A DNA stretch of 64,000 nucleotides from Anthoceros angustus (lineage: Eukaryota; Plantae; Anthocerotophyta), in NCBI GenBank assembly GCA_010909165.1, contig MU008159.1:372001-436000 (forward strand). The letters are read 5' to 3'. How positions within the stretch are numbered: position 1 is the first letter of the stretch; each line of letters opens with the position of its first letter. Below are positions 1 to 12,200 of this stretch, one piece after another. The notes under the pieces were generated by a model that worked only from the letters and a program-made list of their open reading frames with translations, ran no database searches and was not told the origin of the DNA. The translations under genes were made by a program, and so were the position numbers.

Positions 1-2030
1 ATGCGATCAACATACACTAGCATCTCTACGGTATCTATACTATCACTATATGGTCGCTATATAACCACGATACCATAAGTATCCGCTATACTGGTTGCTA
101 CATGACCATACGTACATACATCTTATTGTGTATCACATGCCTATGCATACACATTCCACACACATGCATTCCTAAGTTCCTAAAGGCTGTTCTCACCCAC
201 AGAGAAGCTCACAAGATTTCGAGATCCGTATGTCCGCACCTTGGAATCTGCTGAGTAACTCCTAATACAAACATCAACAATCCGGGGATTGCCTCGGTTC
301 TTGTAGGCCGCTACCGCGCCATACCATTAATGCACCCCGCCACCTTGAGGAGATGCGCCGCCGAGGCGCCGCCTTGCGTTAATGGTTTTGTTCTTAGCTC
401 TTGACTTTCTGCGCGCATTTCATGTACACCATGCATCATGCAACATGCGATCAACATACACTAGCATCTCTACGGTATCTATACTATCACTATATGGTCG
501 CTATATAACCACGATACCATAAGTATCCGCTATACTGGTTGCTACATGACCATACGTACATACATCTTATTGTGTATCACATGCCTATGCATACACATTC
601 CACACACATGCATTCCTAAGTTCCTAAGGCACATTCTCCTCGCTTGTGTGCTATGACAATCACGCCATACATTTTGCATAAAGTCATAATGGTACCTAAA
701 CTACCAGAAGCACATCAAAGTTGCGCATGAGCCAAAGTTACACTAAATCGCATGCCCGCCACCTACTTACATTCATGGAAAATATCGAGCCTGAATGGCC
801 CCCACTTGCTCAAAGTTGGGGGCATACTTGTCAAAAGAGCACCACTTTGGGCACTGTGCAGCACAATCATGAAAGCCAATCACCGGTTGCTTATCCAACG
901 ACAATAAAAGTACTGGCTACCGGATCTGTTGGGGTTGAGCCGATTTTCATATGCATGGCTCTCCTCATCTTGGATTGTGGCTCTGTTTGACTTGTCCGGG
1001 CAATGAATGTCGAGGCCGGCGGCTCCGTTATCATCACTACTCTCGAGAAACTATATATCTCGCGGACGTGCACCATAGGTTGAGAGGTAGTCAGCGCATA
1101 TGATCATGACTTGCTGCTAAGAGTGTGGCTAACACTGCATGGCTTTGTCGATCCATCCCAAGTTGCCATGTCAGAAGTTGCGATGAGATCATAAGAATGG
1201 TGAGGCCGGTAAACACATATATGCTGCTTTGGTAACATGAAAATGAGCAAGCCACATCCTCAAAGATTTCATGTCTCGAAATTCATCAGGCCCCCATATC
1301 ACTAAAGTGGACGAGGATAGTCATCAAACACGGTGCATAAACATATGGTTTTATGTTTTGCAATAAGCATCTTCGTCGCAATAGGATGTCTAGACCCATG
1401 GGAGAGTTTTATGCCCCGCCTTTGCAACTCAAACATATCCCGATGATTTGTGGGATAATACGCAAGAGCACTTCATGTGGCTCATGAGACTCTATATACA
1501 ACAAGTGAGGGGTCTATTTTTGCTGGATATTTCTGCGTCCTTTGATTACTTTTCTTAATTGCCATAATATATGCAGGATGTCAAGATGCACAAGAGGGCT
1601 TTTCCTCACCGTAAAAATAAATGCTATAAAGAAAAGGTACCCCATTGCCCGCATTTGGGCATACACTTACAAAGTTTTGCTCCTTGCTCGTGAGCATATG
1701 TTGGAACCGTGGCAATATCCATGACACCACATTGCATCACTGGATTAATTTTTTCAAACACCGACTCTACCTCAAGTTGTGATGCTCCCGCATGCACTTG
1801 GTATCATAGTGCATGCACACATGCATCCATGCATTATCATGCTTTTGAAAACAGCTTTTTAAAACATACATAGTCACCTGGCCAGTCCTCGGCCTCGACA
1901 AGCATGTAGGACCATTTGCACCTATCTATTTAATTAGTCCTTGGTCCTCAACAAGCAAAACCATTTGTGTCTTTGTTCTCGAGGACTTTTGTACCTTTTT
2001 CCATTTATCTTATAGTCTCTCAGGCTTTCG

Positions 2031-2062
2031 CAAAAAAAAAACAAACAAACAAACAAACAAAA
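2031..2062 (+). repeat. (CAAA)n microsatellite, one per monomer
   Basis: A CAAA tract lies immediately 5' of the 46-bp array in every monomer. The longest is at ~54043-54089. Confidence 0.9.
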
Positions 2063-2405
2063 CCATTTGCCATCTATTGAATTAGTCCTTGGTCCTTGAA
2101 AAGCGATACCATTTGCCATCTATTGAATTAGTCCTTGGTCCTTGAAAAGCAATACCATTTGCCATCTATTGAATTAGTCCTTGGTCCTTGAAAAGCAATA
2201 CCATTTGCCATCTATTGAATTAGTCCTTGGTCCTTGACAAGCAATGCCATTTGCAATCTATTTAATTAGTCTTGGGTCCTTGGTCCTTGACAAACAAGAC
2301 CATTTACTATTTATGTAATTCGTCCTTGGTCCTCGACAACCAAGACCAAATGATTTGAAAAGCTATTTTTAATAAGTCCTTGGTCCTCGACATCCAAGAC
2401 CATTT
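2063..2405 (+). repeat. 46-bp tandem minisatellite (CCATTTGCCATCTATTGAATTAGTCCTTGGTCCTTGAAAAGCAATA)
   Basis: Units start at 2063, 2109, 2155, 2201 and 2247, followed by degenerate copies; one degenerate copy lies upstream at ~1912. Equivalent arrays start at ~19545, 24173, 28901, 33292, 36399, 41539, 46567, 50296, 54090, 60368 and 61933. Confidence 0.95.
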
Positions 2406-2902
2406 GCGTAATGTCAAAATAACTATCTAGCTAGCTATATATGCATTATACAATACTTTAGGTAGCCATGCCATAACATTGTCTTGCTTTCGATTGTCTA
2501 GTGGAAGAGGTAGGACGAGTTCTTGAGATCATTCTCCAAGGAGGACCACCCAGGCGCCACCCACAAAGATCTAGTACCCCGTGAGGCGAGGGTATACACC
2601 GGAATACATTATGATGGATCGAGCGACCCGAGGATCGTATGTGGAGGTGCGTATGAGGCCGAAGAGCTAGTGTTGGAGCGGTAGTGGAGGCGCAGTGGGC
2701 GCAAGTGCAAAGGCGCAGTGGAGGCGCAGCTGGCCCGAGCGAAGTGAAGGCGCACGTGGAGGAGCAACAACGGCGTCACAGTGGATCCCGTGAACTGGGA
2801 TGGAGCGAGCGCGAGTATCAACCCCTGGTCATGCTTGCTCATGACCAGATGTGTGTCTCTCAATAGGCCGGTCAAGCAGACAATTTTCCCATCCAGAGTT
2901 GA

Positions 2903-2920
2903 AAACAAGGTCTCCTAAGA
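2903..2920 (+). repeat. Left terminal inverted repeat AAACAAGGTCTCCTAAGA
   Basis: Exact reverse complement of 15526-15543. Confidence 0.95.
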
Positions 2921-3838
2921 CACAGAACACACCCTCTTTTTAGAGCCAGTCAGAAATGACCAAATTTTACATTTGAAATCAAATCAAATCGTGATTTCGT
3001 GGGTTTTTCACACAAGGGTCAAAACACACATCGCAGATAACCTGTGGTTTTTCATAACACCATTTCTAGCTTTATCATGCCATTTGATCTTGCAAATAAT
3101 GGTCCTCGGTTGGATCAAGTTTGAAAATACCGCGTTTTCGCACTTTCAAGGACACTTTTCCAAAATCGGTTAGTCTTTCAAAATCGCCAAGTTTGTGACG
3201 CTTTTTGAATATATGTACTAAGGGTCAAAGTCCAGACGAGACTAATGTTGTGGATACATTTCATTTCCTTCACATGCCCCTCATGTCCAGACATCCCCCG
3301 AACGGTGTCTTTAAATATGTGGCAACGTGAAAGTTCAAGTTCAATATGTCTCTACATATCACTATACATAATACAACAAATGCATCAACACATGTCATTT
3401 GGTATCCAAGTGGTGAATTAGATGTATAATTTAGCCAAATGTAAACTAACTAATCGCCCTTCTACGCATTTGCCATCCGAAATACACGACACAAGGCGAG
3501 CTTAAAACCCGAACACCTGTCACTAGACCAGACAGCCGGAGCCAGGCTGATTTACTTCACTTATAAAAAGGGGATAGCTTAAACACCGCCAAGTGCTGTC
3601 ATGAACAGAAAGTCAGAACGGGGACAAGGCGAAAGAAAACAGTTGGCCAAAACCCGGATGTCCGGTGAGCACCAGCCCACACAATGCCCATATTGACCAT
3701 GCTTTAAACGATGTACCCCACGTCAAAGACCAAAGTGTGTGTAAAGGATTCAACAAAAGCACTATTCCGATTGAGTGAGCATCCATTGCGAAACCAAAAC
3801 CAATAGTGCTCATTCCTAGGCTAGTCTCATTGCACTCT

Positions 3839-4815
3839 CTACGCTGAATGCACCACGAACAAGAAACCAACACTAGCGGTCAAACCGGATGTGCCATTTA
3901 GCACCTGCATCAACACCATCAAATATCCGCAAGAGAACACAACCACAAGCAACAGCAGTGACAGGAACATCAGTTGCGACAGTAATCTCAGAAGGCCAGA
4001 AACCATACTTGCCATCCTCACTCGGGCTCAGCCTTCACGGTCGCTCCCTCCACTGCTGCCAAGGCCTTCGCGGCTGTTTCTGCTGCGACCATCACCAGGG
4101 CTAGCTCCCTCTGCCTCCTTCTCGCGGCCCATACGTCGTCTTCGGCATCCAACTCCTCTGTAGACAACTCCCGCATCTCCGGCTTCCGCCAAATATGGTC
4201 CGAATCTTGTAGCTCCCTTTTGTCTTCACCTCCTCCCGGCAAGTGAGAGGTCACGGGTTATATCCCTTGGCTTTCCACCCTCATCCCCTCGAAGGGGTCC
4301 ACACCCCTAGCGGCTCCCTTAAGGCCACCGACACCCACCTCCCTTCCGAACCAACAGGCTTGGGGTGAGGAAAAGCAGGTGCCAGGCGGATCGCCAACAG
4401 CGACATTGCCTCGCGTGTTGGACCCCTGCGAGGCCCCACTGAGGAGGTCTTCCTCCTAGCCCTCTTCGCTGCGATGTCAACAGATGTCACCCGTGGGGGT
4501 GACGTAGCCGCCGCCTCGTTCTCATCGCAATCGTGGAGAACTAGCCTGCACAAAGGCGGGTGCCACAAGTCCGAGGTTAGTAGCGGCGGCCGGCTGCACC
4601 GCAGGCGGCGAGCACACCAGGCGAGTGCGCCCGGCCAGCACCGGCCAGGCGAAGCCTTTTGCTGCTCCAATCTCCGATAGCGCCGCAAATGGCGTCCTCC
4701 TCAACCAACACGCACCACTCGCGCCACCCAAGGCCACCACGCCCGCTCACCCCGGTGGCACTCGGTGGCCGCAGATCGCCAACCACGGCAAGCGCAGCTC
4801 TTGGAGCGTGATGGA
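3839..4815 (-). CDS. Frameshifted cargo ORF: possible RING-like Cys/His motif, low-complexity middle, hydrophobic (TM-like) C-terminus
   Basis: GC-rich coding-like block across overlapping minus-strand ORFs: ITLQELRLPWLAICGH ... PLCRLVL, acidic/Ala-rich STEELDAEDDVWAARRRQRELAL, then LLRLLSQLMFLSLLLLVVVFSCGYLMVLMQV. The RING assignment is tentative. Confidence 0.4.
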
Positions 4816-5139
4816 AAATAAAAGAAGAGTGAGGGCAAGAGTACCGGAGGAGGGTTTACGCCCGCTCTCCCCATTCCTTCCCATCCTACATACAATTGTC
4901 GAACCGACTGCCACACAGAAAAAAGCGGTACAGCCATACACCGACAAGTGTGAAACCTTACAAAAACATGATACGTGTTACAAGCATGCCGGATGTCCGT
5001 GGAGAAGCCACAGAGACTCAACCTGTTTGCCAACACTCCAAAAGAGGAGCACACATCCTAATAAAACAAACCACCTTCACATAACTAGAAATCACTCTAT
5101 GACCTCGCTCTCTCTCACCAACATCAAAATTCAATTCTA

Positions 5140-8100
5140 GGTGGGTTAGGATCGGCTCCCGAGTCCACACCGCCATCAAGTCCACCAAATAATCAGATGC
5201 ATCAGAGGATTCAATGTTGTCCAGGTCTTCCGAATCAATCCGCTCATCACCAGTTTCATCACCATCAACAGGAGGAAGCACAGCCGCTTCCTCACTAGGC
5301 TCTGCTCATAACTCAAAGACCTTCCTCTTCAACATATCCATGGTGTTTTTGCTTAAAGTCCTGTTCCTCGTCAACACAAAATCGTAACCCATGATCGTGG
5401 TCTCCAAAAGCTTGATGGCTTGGACATGTTTCTTCAAAGGATTCCGCCTACCTTTCCGTGACTCGGTGGGGTACTGCACCCATTCCTCCGAGTACCTACC
5501 CTCAAGTGCATTAGGGTTTTCGTGCGCCACCGGTGGATTTGTGCTAGCGGGTCGCCTTCATGGTCCACCTCCACAACCTTGCCTAGCCGAAGGCGGCCCT
5601 CGTGGTCATCTGCGGCCGGACCGCAATCATCATGCCCGCTTGGATCTCGATAGATCCTCTCGCTTGTTGTTCCAACGTTCCGCCTAGCGATCCTGCGGCA
5701 CCGATCTCTCGGTCTGTCCAAATATTCGTCTTGCTAGTCTGCATCCACCACTACTTGTCCGAAACATCACGGAGGTTCTTGAGCATGCGCTTCCGGTTAT
5801 ACCATGTCCATGCTGCTTCCAATGGACGAAGATGACTGACGCTACTAAACCGCTATTGCCAATCGCTCCTCCCAAAACCATCCCACCAAGATAATAGCGC
5901 ATTGAAGATTTCTGGAAGTTCTTAACCGCTATTGTCTTCCACTCCAGCCATAGCCACTGTGACATACATGTGGATGCTCCTTTGCTCCTTGCCCTTCGCC
6001 TCACATGCGTGGTACCGGTGGAGCCGCAACAATCTCCCTCTCGCACTCCATCCCGTAATTGAACACCACCATCCGGGGTCCAGTGTGCGTGGAAAATTGC
6101 TTGCACCTCAAAGACCGCCACAAACTCATGACTAGGCAACTCCTCCGAGTGACCTTAAATTGATGTTGAAAACGTGGTTGTGTAGATCGTTCGAGGAGAA
6201 CCTCCGGCCATAAATATTGCTTAAAATCGGCACCTCCTTCATGAGATGGACCTTCGTGGGAGTATAAGCCCTCTCCAAGCAAGCAATCAACTCCGCAATG
6301 TGTATGCCTCTTTCAAGTTCAAGACAATGTAAAACGGAAAACATTTGATCAATCTGATCATGGGTATGGCCAACAATGAGAAACCCCACTTTAACCTTCT
6401 TAAAAATACCAATGGACACCAACATCGCGCAATACGCCAACACCTCCTGGTTCTTGTTCTGAGCCGCTGTATTGTCCATCTGCAGGTAAAGAGTTTCAGG
6501 CAATTGCCCCTCCCACAAATTAATCACATGCTGGATTACAGCAATTGTGCCGTTAGGATCATTCCGAATATTGGGGTAGCTCGGTACACATAAGTGCGCA
6601 TGAATTTGTTGAACACCAAAACCCCAACCACATGGATGAGATTAGGGACTATCCACATCTTTGGGCACTCTACGGAAATGAGGCAACTCGGTTTTTTCTG
6701 GTCCATACCATCTATCGCAATCCCTATGTACTTGGTCGGTTGAGCCATACACTTCCGCGATGCTTCGCCATTTTCCTCCGCTCCATCTTGTTGATCCGGT
6801 GATAATTGAGGAGTTCTCTGCTTTATCTCGCATATACAAGGGCCACCATCAAGACACGCGCAACAACGCAAGTGTTCCCCTGCTGAAAGTCACGTGCCAA
6901 ACCCTAAGTCTCCTAAGGCCATAGGGTTTGCGCACTTCTACCAAGACACGGCCATCCAATCACCGGACATCCGGTGCCGATGATAAGGTAGAGGGATTCT
7001 CGGGTACCTTGCTCTCGTGCGTTTTTATTTTAGCTTTTAACTTCTCATGATGCACGGAGAAGCGGTTGGATCTTGGTATTTTAACAGACACAGTCGTATC
7101 CACAACTTGCGTAAATAGTAACATACATGTGCGGTAATCGCTCTTGCCTGTCTAGCATACTCAATATAAATCTCCTCCTTCGTGAATGTATTCAGTTAAA
7201 GACTTCCCTATTGGGTAGCCTTTCCACATTTCCTTTGAAAACAAATCCATCCACATTACACTGTAGACCATACGGTAGGTATTTTTCCGGCCAGGCTCGG
7301 GCAAACCTAAACCTCGTCGGGTCCGGCATTCGTCTGAGTGCCCCAATGCAAAACACACGGCAAAATGCCCTCACACACCGAAACCTTTCCGTGTGGTAGC
7401 TTGTTCAACCATCCGGTCACGACACCGTTTATCATCTTCGATCACATCAATCGTCCGCAAATGCTCTGCTCCCCTTACTCATCGAGGCCACGACAGCTTT
7501 TAGCCCGCCATGTCCCAACTTTCCTATGCACTTTCTCCCACAAGACCGCCTCCTCAGTCACACATAGCTTCTACGATGCGCCAAAACATTGTCCACCTTA
7601 TTCCTTGCAGATGGTTCTTGGTGGAACACATAACCCCATCCATAGGCGCAACTCCAACCCCTCGACTTGGGATTAGCAGGAGCATTTCAGTGCAGGCCTC
7701 GTCGCCTCCTCTCCAAAGCAGTGCAATCGGATCTCGTACCACATTTGGTCTCCCCGCCTTCCACTCCCGAACCTCCTTCACCCACTCCGCAAACTCCAAA
7801 CCAAAATCAACAATGCCATGGACCTTCTCACCACAGTCAGGCGACTCAGCAACACTCTCTGTTTCCGATTCCGTGCTATTCTCGGTTGTGGCCTGCGGTG
7901 AAACACAACGTTGAAAATACTCCTGCGACCCACACAGTGGATCTGTTGTAGGCGCCACCTTGTCTCCCTCTGCGCGGCCAGGACACACCCGCTTGGCCCG
8001 GGGATTTGGATCTGGGCAAAACATCCTCGCCAACTTCTTCGCACCCGGTGACTTGAACAAGCCAGGGTAAATGGTACCTGGCGCAGGCTGCCGAGGCGGG

Positions 8101-8558
8101 ACAAGATTGCGGATATCGGGGGAGGGATAGCGAGGGCGGCGCCTCTCTTGTTCACGGCGGCGGGTACGAGCTACCACCCGGTCCACATGGTCTGCAATTT
8201 CTTGCTGATCGCGCCGCACTCGTTCCGGTGTCCAACCAGGATCGAACAAAAACAAGTCTCCATCGCTTGCGACCTCGTCGCTATACCACCGCGGTGTGTC
8301 ATCCAAGTCGATGTGTGCCCAGTGTTCTTCGACTGACGGACATTCCGGACGTCCGCGGTTCCCTTGGTTGTCCACTCAAGCGCTGCCGCCAAGTCCACGA
8401 TGTCGGACTCGGACACATGCCCGAGATCTTCATCGCTCACTAGTCAGCTTCACCAAATCAAAGAACTCTTCCTCTTGGAGGTCACGCCATTGTGCGCTAC
8501 CAAAGAGTAGAAGAAAGTGCCTCACAATGTGCTCGGCGGAAGACGCGTAGCTAGACAT
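5140..8558 (-). CDS. Sola-like DDD (RNase H-fold) transposase, frameshifted in this consensus
   Basis: In order on the minus strand: RAFCRVFCIGALRR (~7370), VKIPRSNRFS (~7080), KYIGIAIDGMDQK (~6710, D1), LYLQMDNTAAQNKN (~6475, D2), FLIVGHTHDQIDQMFS (~6360, D3). A candidate ATG lies at 8558 and an acidic tail runs to ~5140. Both ends are approximate. Confidence 0.85.
6880..7007 (-). other. Putative spliceosomal intron in the transposase gene
   Basis: Minus-strand donor AAG|GTACCC at 7007 and acceptor TTTCAG/CAG at ~6883/6880. The segment is non-coding-looking and sits between two transposase motif blocks. Confidence 0.45.
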
Positions 8559-9212
8559 GTTCAAACTTGTATCCAGCCGTGGCCCGCTCGTAATCAATTA
8601 TGACATTGACGCCGGATGTCTTGCGGCTCTGAGATCCTGGCGGTCAAGTCTCGTTAATTGCCTTAGATTGCAAGGATCGAGGAGAGGGTTGCAAAGGCGA
8701 AACATGTTTAGCCGATGGCAAAACATGGAATATTCTCATAAATATGCTTTACTACTTGTTTTGCCGGATGTGCCTTTGAGCGGCGAATGAAGGCTAAACT
8801 TGGCGACGATCGGGCATTGGATGATTTCCCATGCGAGTGGAATTGCGATAATTCTGGCGACGATGCCGAGGCTGTCTCTTGCACATCGTGACCCCACATA
8901 GTCATACTACCTTCCACTGCTGGAAGACCGATTTTGGCGCCAACCTGAGCTGAGATGGTGGATATATTGAGCAGAGGGACAAAGCGATGATTTGTCTCTT
9001 ATCCCTCGTATTCGACCGCGGCGGAATCGGGAGTGTCTTTCGAATTTGCTGCGTGGTTTCATTGAAGGTCAACACTGCTCCAACCTCACAGGCCATCCGG
9101 TGTTTCACGAAGAACATACCCGGGTCCCGGCTGTTGATGTGCGCCGCACTGTTTCGACAATCCTTAATGCTTGCAGTCAATTATGTGCTTCCCTCATGTT
9201 ATACTTGCTAAT
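8559..9212. promoter_or_regulatory. Probable divergent (bidirectional) promoter region between the transposase and the methyltransferase gene
   Basis: Positional inference only from the head-to-head arrangement. It may include an upstream exon of the plus-strand gene. Confidence 0.3.
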
Positions 9213-12200
9213 ATGTCCAATGATCTCCTTGCTACAATGGGTTGTTTGGCAGATGGGCCCTCAAAACAGGGGGCAAACGATGGAGCGCTAGCGGGAGAAA
9301 AAAACGGACCAGCGGCAGCCTTTGATTCGCAGGCCCCATGGAGAGTGACCATCGGATCCGAAGGCATCAAGATGCATACCCGACACCGTGAACCCGCGCC
9401 CCACGACAACGTCCCCAACTAGAGCAACTTTCCAAAGTCCTTACAAGCGACATCGACATGATCGGAATGATGCTTCGTGACAACTCTCCTTTCGATATAT
9501 CGGCGGGGTTGGTGGCAACAACGTCCTGCAGACGGTTGGTATTCATACCTCTTGGGTGCTGGACAAGCCTTCAAAGCCCTCATGTCTTGGTCTTTGTTTT
9601 GTTCACGCAATTTGGAGAAGGATGACCAAGGGTATGTCATTTTTGTGTACATCAAGACAAACCGACTCAAAGACCCCAATGTCGTCCGAGTCTACTCACC
9701 GTGATCAAGAATTTTGACACGTGGCTTGCCCGGCCGGAAGCGTCGTGAAGAAGCTGCTGGGCTTGCGAAAAATGATGGGCATGAGTTTTCCACAAGGTAA
9801 TGCACCAAGTATGTTTAGAAGGCGTTAGGCGGTACTGTCGGATTCGGTGTAAACCCACCCGTCGCGCGATGGTGGTAGTGGATCATCGGCCGTGAAAGCG
9901 GCATAGACGGCATCGACTTGACGGAATTCAAAGCATCCAAGCGGTGCATCCGCCCGGCACCAGCATCCGCCAGAAGCAACAAATCTCAGGAAGCATCTTC
10001 AAGATGGCGGAATCATTTCACAAGGGCATCTGCAGAAGCAACCAGCCCGGCTTGGGATGCAAGCGATGCATCCGGAGGGAAGCATCCCCGCAATGCCATG
10101 GTGGGGAAACATCCTAGCACCGCATCCGTTGAGGTGCAATACAACCAATTGCAAATGATCCGGCGGCGTCGGTTTTCGCCCGAGCCGATGCGTCGTGTGC
10201 CGGACGTCCGGGTTTTGACTCGCCAGACTTTGTGATTCTTCAAGGCTCGAAGGAAGCTAGCTTGACCGGGTATGACGAGGATATGGAGAACGGCGGTGAG
10301 GACACAGAGGACTATGTGATGGCGTCCTACCCGGGGAGGACGAAGATGATCAAGACGGTGAAGATGGCTCGGCCGGGAAGGAGACTGCGAGGCTAATGGC
10401 GATGAGCATGACCTCGAGGTCCATCCCCTGCATGATTGCTCACGGTCTTGGGCTTGTCTGGATCGCAGGAGGGTGCAGCAGTCGCCGCCCGTGGGAATGC
10501 ATCAAAGGCGGCGGAGGAGGAGGAGATGGCAAACCAATCGATGAGAAGGCGCGGGCCAGTAGTGGCAAAGCCAAGAAGGCAAGGGCAAAGCAGGAGAAGC
10601 TGCAATTGCAATTGGGAGCGAAGAGTCGGAGGAGGAGGATGAACCGCTTCCCGTGTTTGTGGAGATTGCCAAGGATAGCGCGGTGGCTACAGACGATGAC
10701 AGCTTGCGCCATCAAAGCGTATGCAAGCCGGACGTGGAAAGGGGATATCGCAATGAAGAGAGTGTGGGAGTCTACTCAAGCGCCAATCAAGTGTTTTCGG
10801 ACCCAGGAATTGTGTCAGCACGGTGAGGAAGTTGGATCTCGCATGGGTAGAGGCTTTGATGCAAAAGATGAAGCATTGTCCACAGGTGGGCGGTGTTGCC
10901 CATGGTTGTGGTTGTGGTTGTGGATCCGTCACAATGTGCTACACAAGAGAATTTCGGTTCGGAGTGACGGGGATTACATTTTTTCGTCTTAGGGGAAACC
11001 ATTCCTTCCGAGCAAGGTCCCGGCCGTCTCATCTCACTCCACCGGTGGAAGAGTACAAGTGGATGGATGCATATGTGCTCATGGACTCACTGAGGACGAG
11101 ATGAGGATCGTAGCCACGGACCACAACACCATAGCAGATGCCAGGAAGACATTTACCTTCATGGACCGTGTGCGTTACATCAGAAGTGAGTTGCTGTCTC
11201 GGAGGTCAAAGGGTTTGAAATGTGACGTGGATTGGAAGTTGGATGTGTATGCACGATTAGGCAGGATCCCCAAGTGGGATGCAGCCAAGCATGGCCCCAA
11301 GGTGCAGTATCACCGACTGGTGGACAACAGGACACTGGATTATTGTGTGGCAAAAGTTGACGAAGAAGTGTGGAGGTATGTGGACGAGATTTTGAGAAGT
11401 GGGAATGTAAGCAACTACGAGAGATAGATGCTGCCCGAGCACTAGCGGTGAAAGCAGGCTACAAGGAAGTCGAGGAAATGCACGAGAGATCTTGTGGTCA
11501 TCGATGTGAAGGAATCGGATGTTCTGAGAGTGTGGAAGTGTTTTCGTGTATCGAGCACTCGTGCAACAACAATTTGAAGACGCATGCATGAAGGTTTTGG
11601 CTGGAGAAATGAGCTTGAAGCAAATGCAAGAGTGGGTGGAGAAGGCCAAAAATTGAACCTCATTCACATCACCCTTGCGAAGAACTGAATTGTGAGACTT
11701 TCCAGGTTAGGGATCGATACCCTCAATACAACGGTGGAGCGGATCGAACTTTCAACGGCATTCAAAAATATGGTAAGTGACATGGACAAGCACCGCCACC
11801 CGGTGCATGTGATATGTACTAAACAGAAATATGCTTGTTTGCGCATGGTTTGTTTCCACGTCTGACAGTTGGAACTTTGCCATTGCATCCAGCGGGCCAA
11901 TGCCTGTCTCGAGTGGAGTGCACTCCCTGACAATTTCAAGGAACATGTTTTGAAAGCCAAAGCTTGGAGGATAATGGCAGATGAGCAGCGACAATTGTTG
12001 GAGGCCTCCGATCAAAAGTTAGACTTTCAGGGATGACGCCGGAGAACCTGCAGGGTAGGTATAGTATGTGGCAACATCGTGCGAGATGGCCCGTTCTAGA
12101 ACCCCGTCCGTTTGCCATGATTCATTGGACTTGCCGGGTTGAATTTGGATGCGAACTCTAGGGAGTATGACACGTTCACTCGTCGAATTTGAGAAGATCA

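Larger units (their letters stand above)
1..2902 (+). repeat. ~3.75-kb macrosatellite array, left part (monomer interrupted by the transposon)
   Basis: The sequence is colinear with the monomers at 15.5-64 kb. It breaks off at ...TTCCCATCCAGAGTTGA and resumes at 15544 (TGACAGAATTTGGCC). Confidence 0.95.

Noticed and set aside
1-30. ATGCGATCAACATAC resembling the 5' end of 5S rRNA (array as 5S rDNA)
   Set aside because: Similarity is limited to ~8 nt, and no 5S internal control boxes or 120-nt body follow.
2063-2405. 46-bp repeats as a CRISPR array
   Set aside because: The units are contiguous with no unique spacers, no cas genes are present, and the context is eukaryotic.
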